64,000 nucleotides of DNA from an uncultured Acidobacteriota bacterium (GCA_963741135.1 CAVUHC010000002.1:255413-319412), one strand, 5' to 3'. Numbered from the stretch's first letter, positions 30,159 through 42,036 are shown. Notes: a model not told the origin generated them from the sequence alone. Numbers and translations: made by a program.

Positions 30159-30425
30159 CTACCCAAGATCCCAGTGATCGACGATGCCGACGATGCCCGC
30201 GTCCGTCGGGACTTCAGTCGGATAGAACGGAAAGCTCGCTTCCTTGCCGCGGACGAAGAACACGGTTTCTCCGACGCCGGCGCCCACCGCGTCGACCGCA
30301 ACCAGCGTGCGTCCGACGTTCGATCCGTCGGCGGCAATCGGCTGCAGGACCAGGAGCGTGATCCCGGCAAGGTTTTCGTCCTTGCGCGTGATGACGATGT
30401 CGCCGATGACCTTGGCGAGCTGCAC
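30159..30425 (-). CDS. BMC-P (EutN/CcmL) shell protein 2
   Basis: GTG start. VQLAKVIGDIVITRKDENLAGITLLVLQP...AVDAVGAGVGETVFFVRG...DAGIVGIVD. Confidence 0.85.
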   Translation of the reverse strand: MQLAKVIGDIVITRKDENLAGITLLVLQPIAADGSNVGRTLVAVDAVGAGVGETVFFVRGKEASFPFYPTEVPTDAGIVGIVDHWDLG

Positions 30426-30435
30426 AGTTCGAGCT

Positions 30436-30714
30436 TCAGTCCCGCCGGCCGAGACCTCCACGGCGTCGACGATGCCGACGACGACGGCGTCGACGGGACA
30501 GTCCTTCATCCCCGACGCCATCCGCGCCGAGCTGCCGCTGACGATGAGCACGGTCTCGCCGACGCCGGCGTCGACGGTGTCAACCGCGACCAGGTAATTG
30601 CCTTCTGCCTTGCCGTGCGGGATCCATGGGGCGCGCCACCAGCAGCTTGTTGCTGACCAGGCGCGGATCCTTCCGCGTAGCGACAACGGTACCGACGATG
30701 CGCGCGAGGATCAT
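30436..30714 (-). pseudogene. BMC-P (EutN/CcmL) shell protein 1; frame break at G-run 30619-30621, probably another near 30455
   Basis: MILARIVGTVVATRKDPRLVSNKLLV then HGKAEGNYLVAVDTVDAGVGETVLIVSG...DAVVVGIVD. As written it reads on into protein 2. An alternative-frame TGA lies at 30436. Confidence 0.75.
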
Positions 30715-30733
30715 GCCGGGAGGAACGAGTGTC

Positions 30734-31027
30734 CTAGACTTTCGCCGTCGTCGACTTGCCGATCGGCAGCGCGTCCTCGAGGTTCGCGTGGGGCCGAGGG
30801 ATGACGTGCACCGACACGAGCTCGCCGACCCGGCGCGCCGCCGCGGCGCCCGCGTCGGTGGCCGCCTTCACGGCAGCGACGTCGCCGCGAACGATCGCGG
30901 TCACGTAGCCGGCGCCAATCTTCTCCCAGCCGACCAGCGTGACCTTGGCGGCCTTGACCATGGCGTCAGCCGCCTCGATCATGGCGACGAGACCCTTGGT
31001 TTCGACCATTCCCAACGCCTCTCCCAT
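30734..31027 (-). CDS. BMC-H hexamer shell protein (PduA/CcmK/EutM family)
   Basis: [28 protein letters not shown]...[17 protein letters not shown]...VHVIPRPH, close to the family consensus. Confidence 0.95.
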   Translation of the reverse strand: MGEALGMVETKGLVAMIEAADAMVKAAKVTLVGWEKIGAGYVTAIVRGDVAAVKAATDAGAAAARRVGELVSVHVIPRPHANLEDALPIGKSTTAKV

Positions 31028-31040
31028 CTACATCTCCCGT

Positions 31041-31130
31041 CAACTCCCAACTTCCAACGTCCAACTTCCAAGAAGCTCGAGGTCGCGACATCCGGCTCCT
31101 TGGGGCGTTGGGAGTTGGGGTCTGGGAATT
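31041..31130. repeat. Intercistronic hairpin of heptamers (CAACTCC)n / (GGAGTTG)n
   Basis: Arms at 31041-31072 and 31099-31130, between the aldolase stop and the BMC-H start. Confidence 0.85.
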
Positions 31131-31131
31131 A

Positions 31132-32004
31132 TCAATCTCTAAGGTTTTTGACAGCGTCGGCGATGAGCGCCGTAAGTTCGCCGTATGTTAGCCGAATTTC
31201 ACCGTCTCTGCTCGCCTGGCGCAGCGCGCTCGTGACGTCTGGCACGAGCCGTTCGGTCGGTGACGAAGGCGCTTCGAGCACCTGGCAGAGCGCCTGGTCG
31301 AGTCCCGCTTCTGCAGGGTCCGCGCACACCGGCGCCGGCGCCGCGATGCCGTACATCCCGCGCAGTCCCTGGAGCCGTTGCGACCTCTTCGCGCGAAAGC
31401 AGGTTCTCGCGTCCGAGCAGCCGCGCCACGAGGCTGATCTTCGCGAAGTGCTCGATCGTCTCCATCTTGAAGTGCGCGCTCAGCACGCTGTTGCCGCAGG
31501 TCACGGCACCGTGGTTGGCGAGCAGCATGCCGTCGTGCGCCTTGATGTACTTCCGCACGGCTTCCGGAAGCTCCGCGGTCGACGGCGTGCCGTACTCCGC
31601 AATCGGAATGCTGCCCAAGCGTCGTGACCACCTCCGCGAGCACGGCGCGCGTGAGCGGGATGCCGGCGACGGCGAAGCCGGTGGCAATCGGCGGGTGCGC
31701 GTGCACCACGCGCGTTGACGTCGGGCCGGTTGCGATAGATCTCGAGGTGCATCGGCAGTTCGGACGACGCGATCCCGATCGCCGGACAGCTTCTTCCCGC
31801 TCGTAGTCGACGACCACCATCATGTCGGGGGTCATGAAGCCCTTCGACACGCTCTTGGGCGTCGTGATCGAGCCGCTGGTCGTCGAGCCGCGCGCTGATG
31901 TTGCCGTCGTTGCTGGCGACAAGCCCGCGCGCGTACAGGCGGCGGCCGACTTCGACGATGTCGGCGCGAATCTGTTCTTCAGCCCGAGTACTCAATCGAG
32001 GCAA
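31132..32004 (-). pseudogene. Class II aldolase/adducin-family enzyme (fuculose/rhamnulose-1-P aldolase-like) with about 70-aa C-terminal extension; at least 5 frame breaks
   Basis: SNDGNISARL / ITTPKSVSKGFMTPDMMVVVD / SSELPMHLEIYR / VVHAHPPIATGFA / GTPSTAELPEAV...LLANHGAVT / tail ...TYGELTALIADAVKNLRD, spread across frames 0, 2, 0, 2, 1, 0. Confidence 0.85.
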
Positions 32005-32020
32005 CTTTCACTGACACACG

Positions 32021-32113
32021 CCACGGAGGGACGGAGGCACGGAGAAGGCCTGTCTTGGAGTCGATTTCTTGGAGTGGAGCGTTTCACGCTCCGTGTCTCC
32101 GTGACTCCGTGGC
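32021..32113. repeat. Hairpin of tandem octamers (CACGGAGG)n / (CTCCGTGN)n, copy 1
   Basis: Arms at 32021-32048 and 32087-32113. Same family at 36014-36065 and 60728-60800. Confidence 0.85.
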
Positions 32114-32362
32114 TCGTGATCGTGATCGATACTCGTCGCGGCATTTCTCCGAGCAGAAGTAGTTCTTGCCATCGGCGATCGCCAGGTCGGGCGACACGTA
32201 GGTGCCGCACACCGGATCGCGCACGAGCTTCACCGCGCGCGGTTCGCCCGGTCGCGGTGGTCCGCCGCGCGCCCGCCGAGACCGTGATCAGATTGCCGAG
32301 CACCGCCACACGGCGCGAAGGACCAGCAGCAGGACGATGATTTCGAGGAGCCGGCCGAGCAC
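32084..32362 (-). pseudogene. Small membrane-anchored zinc-ribbon protein (PP0621-like), frame-broken
   Basis: GTG start, LGRLLEIIVLLLVLRAVWR, then in another frame VKLVRDPVCGTYVSPDLAIADGKNYFCSEKCRDEY. The tail runs into the hairpin arm. Confidence 0.5.
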
Positions 32363-32365
32363 ATC

Positions 32366-33011
32366 TCACCCGCCGGCGGCGCGGGCGCGGGCGCTCCTCC
32401 GCGGCCGGCTGGCCGCGGCAATGCCCTGCAGCCCCTGCGCTGGCCGCCTGCGCCTCGGGGCTGTCCGGCGCGAGCTGCACGACCTTCTCCCACGCGGCGG
32501 TCGCACCCTGCAGGTCGCGCTTGCCGAACGCCAGCACGATCCCCTGGTTGAGCAGCGTCTTGGCGTGCTTCGGGATTCAGCTTCAGCGAGTACTCGAACT
32601 GCTTCAGCGCGTCGTCGGTGCGCCTCGAGTAGTAGTAGCTGACGCCGAGATCGGTGCTCGCATCGAGGTTCTTCGGGTCGAGCTTCAAGCCCTCTTCGTA
32701 CCACTTGATCGCGTCGGCATAGCGCTCGGCGTCGAAGTATGCGTTGCCGAGCTGCACGTGGGCGCCGGCGTTCTTGGGATCGCTCTTGATGATGGTCTCA
32801 GCCCCTGCACCTTGCCTTCGTCGAGCGGCAGGGGGCTGCCGCGTGCCGGACGCCTGCTGGTTCGCGCCCTGCTGCGGTGCCGCGGCCCCAGACTGCAGCT
32901 GGACGACCGCCGCGCCGTCCGCCTGGCGGCCTGCTGGGTGCCGATCACCCAGCCGAGGATGATGCCGAAGCACATGCCGGCGATGGCGAAGACGATGGAA
33001 TCGGATCTCAT
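32366..33011 (-). pseudogene. TPR-repeat protein with N-terminal TM helix; several frame breaks
   Basis: MRSDSIVFAIAGMCFGIILGWVIG, then DPKNAGAHVQLGNAYFDAERYADAIKWYEEGLKLDPKNLDASTDLGVSYY...LKLNP...LAFGKRDLQGATAAWEKVVQLAPDSPEA, in three frames. Confidence 0.7.
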
Positions 33012-33043
33012 GCGGGAACCTACAGGTCTGACTGTCTCCGAGT

Positions 33044-33752
33044 CTACGGTCCAAACCCCAGCGTCCGCTGGAACCACTCGATGAGCGCTCGGACGATGTC
33101 TGGGTCGCGCGCGAGGAGCGCGGTGCCGTGCGCGGTGATATCCGAAAATCGCGTCTCGCGCGTGCCCGGCGGCATCCTTCGGCCAGCTCCCGCACAGAGC
33201 GGGCCGCGTACGGGTCGTGGCTGCTGGCGATGAGCAGCGCGGGCCGTGCCGCCGTACTGCTTCATCGCGGCCTCGATGCGAACGCCGCGGTAGTCGAGCG
33301 ACGGGGAGATGAGCGCGAGCGAACGAACCGACGGATCGTCCGCCGCCGCAATAGCGCGCGAGGCTCGCGCCAAGCGACGCGCCGGCGATGCCGATGGCTG
33401 CCTGGCCGGACGTCGGGGCGCGAGGACAGATAAGCGACGGCGGCACGCACGTCGCGCGCTCCATCCCGCCGAGTACCTTCGAATCGCCCGGATCCGAGAG
33501 GCCCGCGCAGATCGATCGCAAGCGCGAGGATGTTCGCATCCGCGAGCCGCTGGCCGACGGCGTCCCAGTCTTCCTTCGGACGTCCGAGCATCGGAACGAG
33601 CACGACCGCGGGAGACGGGCGCTGCGACGGCTCGAAGGCGAGCGCGTTGATCGTCCGGCCCGTCTGCGGAGCGAAACGTCGACCGCGCGGCCGCCGGCCG
33701 CACCGCACGCGGCGATCGCCTGCACAAACAGCGCTGCCACAACTACCAGCAT
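33044..33752 (-). pseudogene. Secreted alpha/beta hydrolase (dienelactone-hydrolase-like); several frame breaks
   Basis: Signal MLVVVAALFVQAIAACG, then PAVVLVPMLGRPKEDW, IGIAGASLGASLA (nucleophile elbow G-x-S-x-G), and SLALISPSLDYRG...TAHGTALL, in different frames. Confidence 0.65.
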
Positions 33753-33767
33753 CGCGGACGCTGCCGC

Positions 33768-33804
33768 CTTGGGAGTTGGGATCCTTGGGAGTTGGGAGTT
33801 GGCA
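33768..33804. repeat. One-armed heptamer tract (GGGAGTT / GGGATCC)
   Basis: CCTTGGGAGTTGGGATCCTTGGGAGTTGGGAGTTGGCAG, between pdxJ and the hydrolase gene. Confidence 0.8.
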
Positions 33805-33828
33805 GACGAGTCTCCGTACAACGCGACG

Positions 33829-34572
33829 TCACACAGCGAGCACGTCGAGATATTCGCGAACGCTCTGCGCGAGGCCGACAAACAGCGCGTAGCTGACCAG
33901 CGCGTGGCCAATCGACACTTCGTCGAGATGAGGCAGACGGCGAAACAGCGACGAGGTTGTCGAGATCGAGATCGTGGCCGGCGTTCACGCCCAGCCCGAG
34001 CGAATGCGCGAGCTCCGCCGCGCGCGTGTAGGTCGCAAACGACTCGCGCGCCTGCGGCTCGCCGCGCTCGAACGCCCGCGCGAACGGCTCGGTGTACAGC
34101 TCGACGCGATCGGCGCCCATATCGGCCGCCCAGCGGATCGGCGAGCTCCTGCGGATCGACGAACAGGCTCACGCGCACCCCGTCTGACATGCAGATCCGA
34201 CACGACGCGCCGTATGGCGTCGTCGCGGCGTGTCGGCCGACCATCCGGCCTGGCTGGTGATCTCACCCGGATGAACCGGAACGAGCGTGCACTGATCGGG
34301 CTTCACCTCGTGAACCAGCTCCAGCAGGTCAGGCCGCGGATCGCCTTCGATGTTGAATTCGATGCGCCCTTTCAACGGCGCGCAGGTATGCGGCGATCTC
34401 GTGGACGTCGGCTGTCGTGATGTGCCGCTCATCGGCGCGCGGGTGCACGGTGATGCCCGGAGCGCCGGCGCTCGACACACACCTTGACGGCCTCGAGCAC
34501 CGACGGAACAGTCGCCGCCGCGCGAGTTCCGAACGGTGGCGACTTTGTTGACGTTGACGGAGAGCTTGATCA
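33829..34572 (-). pseudogene. pdxJ: Pyridoxine 5'-phosphate synthase; several frame breaks
   Basis: MIKLSVNVNKVATVRNSRGG, EFNIEGDPRPDLLELVHEVKPDQCTLVPV, GADRVELYTEPFA...[14 protein letters not shown] and [16 protein letters not shown], found in three frames. Confidence 0.85.
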
Positions 34573-34658
34573 TGCGAAGTGCTCGCGATTCATTACACGT
34601 TCCGGAAGCCGACGGAGGCGCTGACTGAGGATTTCGAAACGCGTCATGACTCCGACCC

Positions 34659-35992
34659 TCATAGCTGCTGCTTGACCGCGTCCGCGATCTCCTGCGCCCA
34701 CTGCGCGATCTCTTCTGATCGCGTCCTTCGATCATGATGCGCAGCAGCGGCTCGGTGCCTGAATACCGGATCAGCAGACGGCCGTTGCCGGCCAGCCGTG
34801 ACTCGACGGCCGACATCACGGCGGCGACTGCCGGGACCGTCTTCAGATCGACTTTGCGCTCGACGCGCACGTTGACGAGCACCTGGGGATAGGTGGTCAG
34901 CTCGGAGGCCAGGTCCGACAGCGTCCGCCCGGTCGCGCCCATCGTCCGAAGCACGTTGAGCGAGGTGGCAAGGCCGTCGCCAGTGAAGAGATATTCGGAG
35001 AAGATCACGTGGCCCGACTGTTCGCCGCCGAGCGACAGGTCGCGGCGCATCATCTCCTCCATCACGTACTTGTCGCCGACCGCGCAGCGCACGATCTCGA
35101 TGCCGTCGTCGCGCAGCGCAATCTCGAGGCCGATGTTGCTCATCACGGTTGCGACGATCGCGTTCCCCTTGAGGCGTCCCTCGCGCTTCATCTGCTTCGC
35201 GCACATCAGCATCACGGCATCGCCGTCGACGACGCTCCCCGTCTCGTCGACGAAAATCGCGCGGTCGCCGTCGCCGTCGTAGGCGATGCCGAGCGGATAA
35301 CCGCCGTCGACGACCATCTTCGCGAGCTGCTCGGGCGCCGTGGAACCGCAGCGCAGGTTGATGTTGCGGCCATCCGGCTCGCACCCGATGCAGCGCATCT
35401 CGAAGCCGAGCTCCTGGAACAACCGCGGCGCGATCGTGGTCGTGGCGCCGTTGGCGCAGTCGACGACCACGCGCATGCCGCGCAGCTGTCTCCACGTTCG
35501 GCAGGATCGCACGGAGGTGTGCGACGTATTCCGAGCGGTAGTCGACCTGCTCGACCGGCGGTGCGTCACCGTCTGGCACCTGCCACGATGCATCAGCGAT
35601 GATCGCTTCGACGTGATCTTCGAGCACCTCGGTGAACTTCTCGCCTGCGCCCGAGAACACTTTGATGCCGTTGTCTTCGAACGGATTGTGCGACGCAGAG
35701 ATCACGACGCCGGCCGTGTATCCCATGCGCGGCGTCAGATACGCAATCGCCGGCGTCGGGATGATGCCCGCGCCAGTCAGCGATGCGCCCTGACTCTTCG
35801 ATGCCGAAGGCGAGCTCCCGTTCGATCCAGCCTCCCGATTCGCGCGTGTCGCGGCCCGAGAGGAATCGAACGCTGACGTGCCGGTGACGCAAGGCGCGCG
35901 CAAGCGCAGCACCAAGCCGGCGGACAGTCGGCACATCGAGTGGGTACTCCCGCCTTGCCGCGAACGCCATCCGTACCGAACAACCGACCCAT
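34659..35992 (-). pseudogene. glmM: Phosphoglucosamine mutase; at least 5 frame breaks
   Basis: [29 protein letters not shown] (active-site Ser), [10 protein letters not shown] and GGEQSGH all present but in alternating frames. Confidence 0.9.
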
Positions 35993-36013
35993 GTATCCCC
36001 TTGATGAGACGAG

Positions 36014-36065
36014 CCACGGAGGAAAGTCACGGAGGTCAAGAATTCAGCCGTCCGTGTCTCCGCGG
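36014..36065. repeat. CACGGAGG-family hairpin, copy 2
   Basis: CCACGGAGGAAAGTCACGGAGG ... CCGTCCGTGTCTCCGCGG, between cdaR and glmM. Confidence 0.8.
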
Positions 36066-36981
36066 CCGGATCTCAACGACTCGAACTTTGACTTCTGCGG
36101 GCTCGAGGCGCACGACGCCAACGCGGGCCGGGGCGACGATGCTGACCGGCAGTTGAAACTGGCCAGGCTCGAGGCCCTCGACGTCCACCGTCGCGTCGAA
36201 CATTCCGCCGTCGCTCGTCATCGCTTCCCGTGGACCGCGCACCCAGGCCGTAATCTCCGCCGGCAGCACCTGCACCTGGCCGCGCGCGTTACGCGCCTTG
36301 ACCGCGATTGCGCTCGACCGACCATTCGACGGGCGCGGCGTCCGACGACGACGCCCACGCTGGCCGTTTGCGGCGTCCGCAGGCGGACCGCAGAATCGGC
36401 GACGCCGATGTTCACGGTCTCCGTCAGCGGCGCCGATGCTCCGGTGACCGTCACCGGCTCGGTCATCGCCTGCGTCAACTCGAGCGAGAACGCTGATCGG
36501 CCCGAGCACTTCGACCGTCGACGGCTGTGCAGTTACCGTGCCGACGACAAAGCCGTCCGCCGGGTCGCCCTCGACCGTTGGGACAATCGGCACGATCTTG
36601 CTTCCCGAAGGCTCGAACGCCATCGACACCGTCGACGGGTTCACCTGGACAACATCGACGCCGAACGGCGTGCGAACGTCGTCGCCACCGAGATGAAACA
36701 GCCGTCGCCCTGCACGCGCCGATCGCAGGTCGAGCACCGCCACAAGCTCGCCGGCCGCTATTCGATTCAACGCACCCGACGACCCGCGAACGCGGACGTC
36801 GACAACGGCTGGCGGCATCGCCGACGACCTCGAGCTGCGCGGGGAGATTGGTGAACTCGAGCGGGATGCGCAGCGCGCGCTCGACCGTCTGCTCGCCGGC
36901 GACGGCAACCCACAGCAGCGCCGCAAGGGCAATGGATACGAACTTGAGCCCGAGGTGATGGCGGAAACCGATGTAAGCCAT
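36036..36981 (-). pseudogene. cdaR: YbbR-domain protein (CdaR, diadenylate cyclase regulator); frame breaks
   Basis: MAYIGFRHHLGLKFVSIALAALLW (TM), then repeated YbbR-like beta modules (PLEFTNLPAQLEVV..., VPIVPTVEGDPADGFVVGTVTAQPSTVEV...) in two frames. Confidence 0.7.
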
Positions 36982-37803
36982 CAGGCGAGCGAGCTCCGCG
37001 CCTCCTCGGCCCGGCGCATCCGCCGGCGGCGGTGGCCGAGCAGCGTGTGTCAGCCGCGTCCGCAGCCCCTCGGCGGACAGGTGGCGCTCGAGATCGCCGC
37101 CCATCGCGAGGGAGATCGCGCCCGTCTCCTCGGACACGACGATCGGCAATCGCGTCGTTCTCTTCGGTGAGGCCGAGCGCCGCGCGGTGCCGCGTTCCGA
37201 GATCGCGGCTGACGCGCGGATTCACCGACAGCGGCAGGAAGCAGGCGGCCGCCGCAATGCGATCGCCCTGGACGATGACGGCGCCGTCGTGCAGCGGCGA
37301 GGCGGGCTGGAAGATGCTCGCGAGCAGATCGTAGGTGAACATCGCGTCGAGCGGAATGCCGCCCTCGATGTAGTTGCGAAGCCCGATCTGCCGCTCGAGC
37401 ACGATGATCGCGCCGATGCGGCGCGCAGACAGCGTGCGTCGCGGCGACGACGAGCTCCTCGATCGTTTCGTCGGCCTGCTCCGCGCGCTCGAAGTACCGA
37501 AAGAACGGCGCGCGGCCGAAGTGCGCAAGCGCACGCCGGATGTCGGACTGGAACAGCACGATGATCGCGAACACGACGTACGCGGCCAGGTTGCGAATCA
37601 CCCAGTTGACCGTCTCGAGCTGCAGCCACTGCGACAGGAAGTACAGCGCGAGCAGGAAGCCGCCGCTCAACGCCATCTGCACCGCGCGCGTGCCGCGAAT
37701 GAGCAGCAGCAGCTCGTAGACCAGGAACGAGACGATGGCGATGTCGAGAGCGTCCGACCAGGCGATGTGCGGGACGCGCGGAGCAGCTCGTCAGCCAGTT
37801 CAT
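36981..37803 (-). pseudogene. cdaA: Diadenylate cyclase CdaA (DisA_N); at least 3 frame breaks
   Basis: Three N-terminal TM helices, then GAIIVLERQIGLRNYIEGG, PLHDGAVIV, GTRHRAALGLTE and VVSEETGAISLA, in three frames. ATGA overlap with folP; TGATG junction with cdaR. Confidence 0.85.
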
Positions 37804-38607
37804 GAGTCGACGCGATGATACCGCCGAATCTCGTCGGCGACGCGCGCCACCTGAAGCATTTCGCTCGACGGCATGGACGCGGACGATATGTGCGCCGGCG
37901 AGCACCGCAGCCGTGACCGCCGCCGCCGTCGCCCAGTCACGTTCGACGCCGCCGGCACGCGTGCGCCGAGCGCGCGGGCGAGGAACGATTTCCGCGACGG
38001 ACCGACGACGAGCGGGCCGTCCAAGCTCGCTGAATTCGTCGAGGCGCGCGAGCGCCTCGAAGCTGTGAGGCGCCTCCTTCGCGAATCCAAGCCCCGGATC
38101 GACGAGGATGCGATCCTTGCGCGACGCCGGCGCCGGTGGCAAACGCCATGCTCTCGCGCAGCTCGTCGAGCACCTCCGCGACGACGTCGCCGTAGGACGC
38201 CTGCTGATACATGTCGCGCGACCGGCCGCGCGTGTGCATCAGGACGATCGCGGCGCCGCGCCGGGCCACGACGTCGGCCAGCTCCGGCTCGTAGCGCAGA
38301 CCGCTGATGTCGTTGACGATGGACGCGCCCGCGGCAAGCGCTGCGTCGGCCGTCGCGGCCTTGTAGGTGTCCATGGAAATCGGCACCGTCGACGCGACCG
38401 GCCAGTCCCTCGATGACCGGAATCACGCGCCGCCGCTCCTCCGCGTCGTCGACGATCGCGGCGCCGGGGCGCGTCGACTCACCGCCGACGTCGATGATGC
38501 CGGCGCCCTGCTCCACCATCCGCACGCCCGCCTCGATCGCCGTCGGCGGGATCGAAAAGCTCGCCGCCATCGGAAAAGGAATCCGGTGTCACGTTGACGA
38601 CGCCCAT
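37800..38607 (-). pseudogene. folP: Dihydropteroate synthase; at least 4 frame breaks
   Basis: MGVVNVTPDSFSDGG, GAGIIDVGGESTRPGA, ISMDTYKA, IVNDISG, DPGLGFAK and VGPSRKSF in alternating frames. The start may lie further upstream (to about 38660). Confidence 0.85.
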
Positions 38608-38698
38608 GATCACCGTGCGATCACCGAATACCAGCGCCTGCCCACCGGGAGTGGAACCGTGAATCGACGCCGCGGATTCACGCTTTGAACACTACAAC

Positions 38699-38807
38699 AA
38701 GTTCGAAGGTCGAAGGTCGAGGTGCGAAGTAAGTTCGAAGTACAAAAGAAAGGCCCGTGAAACGACGGGCCTACTTCACTTCGAACTTCGAACTTCGAAC
38801 TTCGAAC

Positions 38808-38808
<1 letters not shown>
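38699..38808. repeat. Palindrome with (GTCGAAG)n / (CTTCGAA)n heptamer arms
   Basis: Arms at 38699-38744 and 38773-38808, flanking a canonical terminator hairpin. Confidence 0.9.
38741..38772 (-). terminator. Intrinsic terminator downstream of ftsH
   Basis: On the minus strand: AGGCCCGT-CGTTTC-ACGGGCCT followed by TTCTTTTGT. Confidence 0.75.
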
Positions 38809-40729
<1,921 letters not shown>

Positions 40730-40760
40730 TTGCCTCCCAACAAACGGGTTATCAAGAGTA

Positions 40761-41760
40761 TCACTTCGACGCGGGCTTCTGCTGTACTAAGACCAGCTTT
40801 CCGCGCCGAAGTTCCACGCGTCCCCCCGGAACCTCGGCCCCACGGCAGGCTCCCCCAAGGACAGCCATTACCGCCTCCACATGGTCCAGGGCAATTTCGC
40901 GACCTCCCGCCCCGGCCCGCAGAGCACGCAGCAGCACCCGCCTCCGGATGGCAAGTGGCTCCGCCGCGATTGCTGATGCATCAAGCGTGACCCCATCGGG
41001 CCCAACCTCCGCCAACACGCCGTATCGCTCTTCCGCCAACTCATCGAGCCACTGCCCGTCCTCCCGCACGAGGCCCGCAGTCCGGGCAATCGCCGGCCGG
41101 GTTGGTCCGCCAGCCGCGGCATCGAGCTCCGGCAGCACTACGTGGCGAATCCGGTTCCGAGGGTTTTCGAGGTCAGCGTTCGTTTCGTCCTCGATCCACC
41201 GCTCGCCGTGCTCCGACAGGTGGCTGCGAAGGTCCGCGCGCGATACGTCCAGCAGCGGGCGAATCACTCGACCGCGTCGCGGATAAATGCCCGCCAGCCC
41301 AGTCAACCCTGCGCCCCGCATCAACTTCAGCAGGAAGGTTTCGGCCTGATCGTCCTGCGTATGGCCCACCGCGATGCGGTCGGCGCCCAGGGCATCGGCC
41401 GAGCTCTCCAGGAAGTTGTATCGGATCCTGCGGGCCGCATCTTCTACCGACAGATTTCGACTGCGGGCATACCCTTTGACGTCAGCGCTTTCCACCACGA
41501 TTCGGAGGTGGAGCCGATCGGCCAATTCGCGGCAAAACGCCTCGTCGCCCCCCGCCGAGGGGCGGAGCTGGTGGTTGAGGTGGGCGACCCCGGCAACACT
41601 GAACCCGCCGTTTTCGGCGAGCTCGCGGAGCAGGAAGACGAGCGCCACTGAGTCCGAGCCACCGGAGAGCCCGATCGAGCACACTGCTGCCGGATGGGCA
41701 GAGCTCATGACGCTCGATGGTCTTTCGAACGCGTTGGTGAAGAGCGGTCAATTCGTCCAT
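40761..41760 (-). pseudogene. tilS: tRNA(Ile)-lysidine synthetase; one frame break near 41690
   Basis: PP-loop SGGSDS in ORF 40761-41708. The N-terminus MDELTALHQRVRKTIERHEL is in ORF 41482-41793. Confidence 0.85.
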
Positions 41761-41777
41761 CCGGCTCCGCCTCCGAG

Positions 41778-41841
41778 CCGCCAACCTTCGCATGGCTTGC
41801 CAACCGTAGCTCCGCGTCTCGCAAGCGTGAGCGAAGGTTGG
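41778..41841. repeat. REP-like family B related hairpin immediately 3' of the tRNA
   Basis: CCAACCTTCGC...GAGCTACGGTTGGCAAGCC...GCGAAGGTTGG on the minus strand. The outer stem includes the tRNA CCA end. Resembles 57176-57285. Confidence 0.6.
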
Positions 41842-41915
41842 TGCCGGAGGGCAGACTCGAACTGCCGACCCCGCGCTTATGAGACGCGTGCTCTAACCGG
41901 CTGAGCTACTCCGGC
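41839..41915 (-). tRNA. tRNA with CAU anticodon (elongator Met-like; Ile2/lysidine type not excluded), CCA encoded
   Basis: Hand-folded cloverleaf: acceptor GCCGGAG/CUCCGGC, D arm GCUC-AGCCGGUUA-GAGC, anticodon arm CGCGU-CUCAUAA-GCGCG, variable loop GGGUC, T arm GGCAG-UUCGAGU-CUGCC, A73, CCA. G1-C72 excludes an initiator. Confidence 0.9.
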
Positions 41916-41933
41916 ACGAATTACCGATCTTAG

Positions 41934-42036
41934 TAGGGGGAAGGGGTTAGGGGAAGGGGGAAGGGCTGTGCCAGGCAGGAGGATTCAGGTCTAAGTCCTG
42001 AGATAGCCCTTACCCCTGCCCCTTCCCCCTAACCCC
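41934..42036. repeat. Hairpin with (GGGGTTA/GGGGGAA)n arms, short-loop copy
   Basis: Arms at 41934-41969 and 42005-42036 with a 35-nt loop. The right arm supplies the last codons and stop of the upstream gene. Confidence 0.85.

Noticed and set aside
30159-30714. A genuine tandem BMC-P/BMC-P fusion protein
   Set aside because: The second unit has its own GTG start. An alternative-frame TGA at 30436 would give a normal-length first protein with a 10-nt spacer. This gene already carries another homopolymer indel, so the apparent fusion is more likely an artefact. It remains possible until reads are checked.
41839-41915. tRNA-CAU as initiator tRNA-fMet
   Set aside because: Positions 1 and 72 form a G-C pair (initiators have a C1-A72 mismatch), and the anticodon stem lacks the three consecutive G-C pairs typical of initiators.
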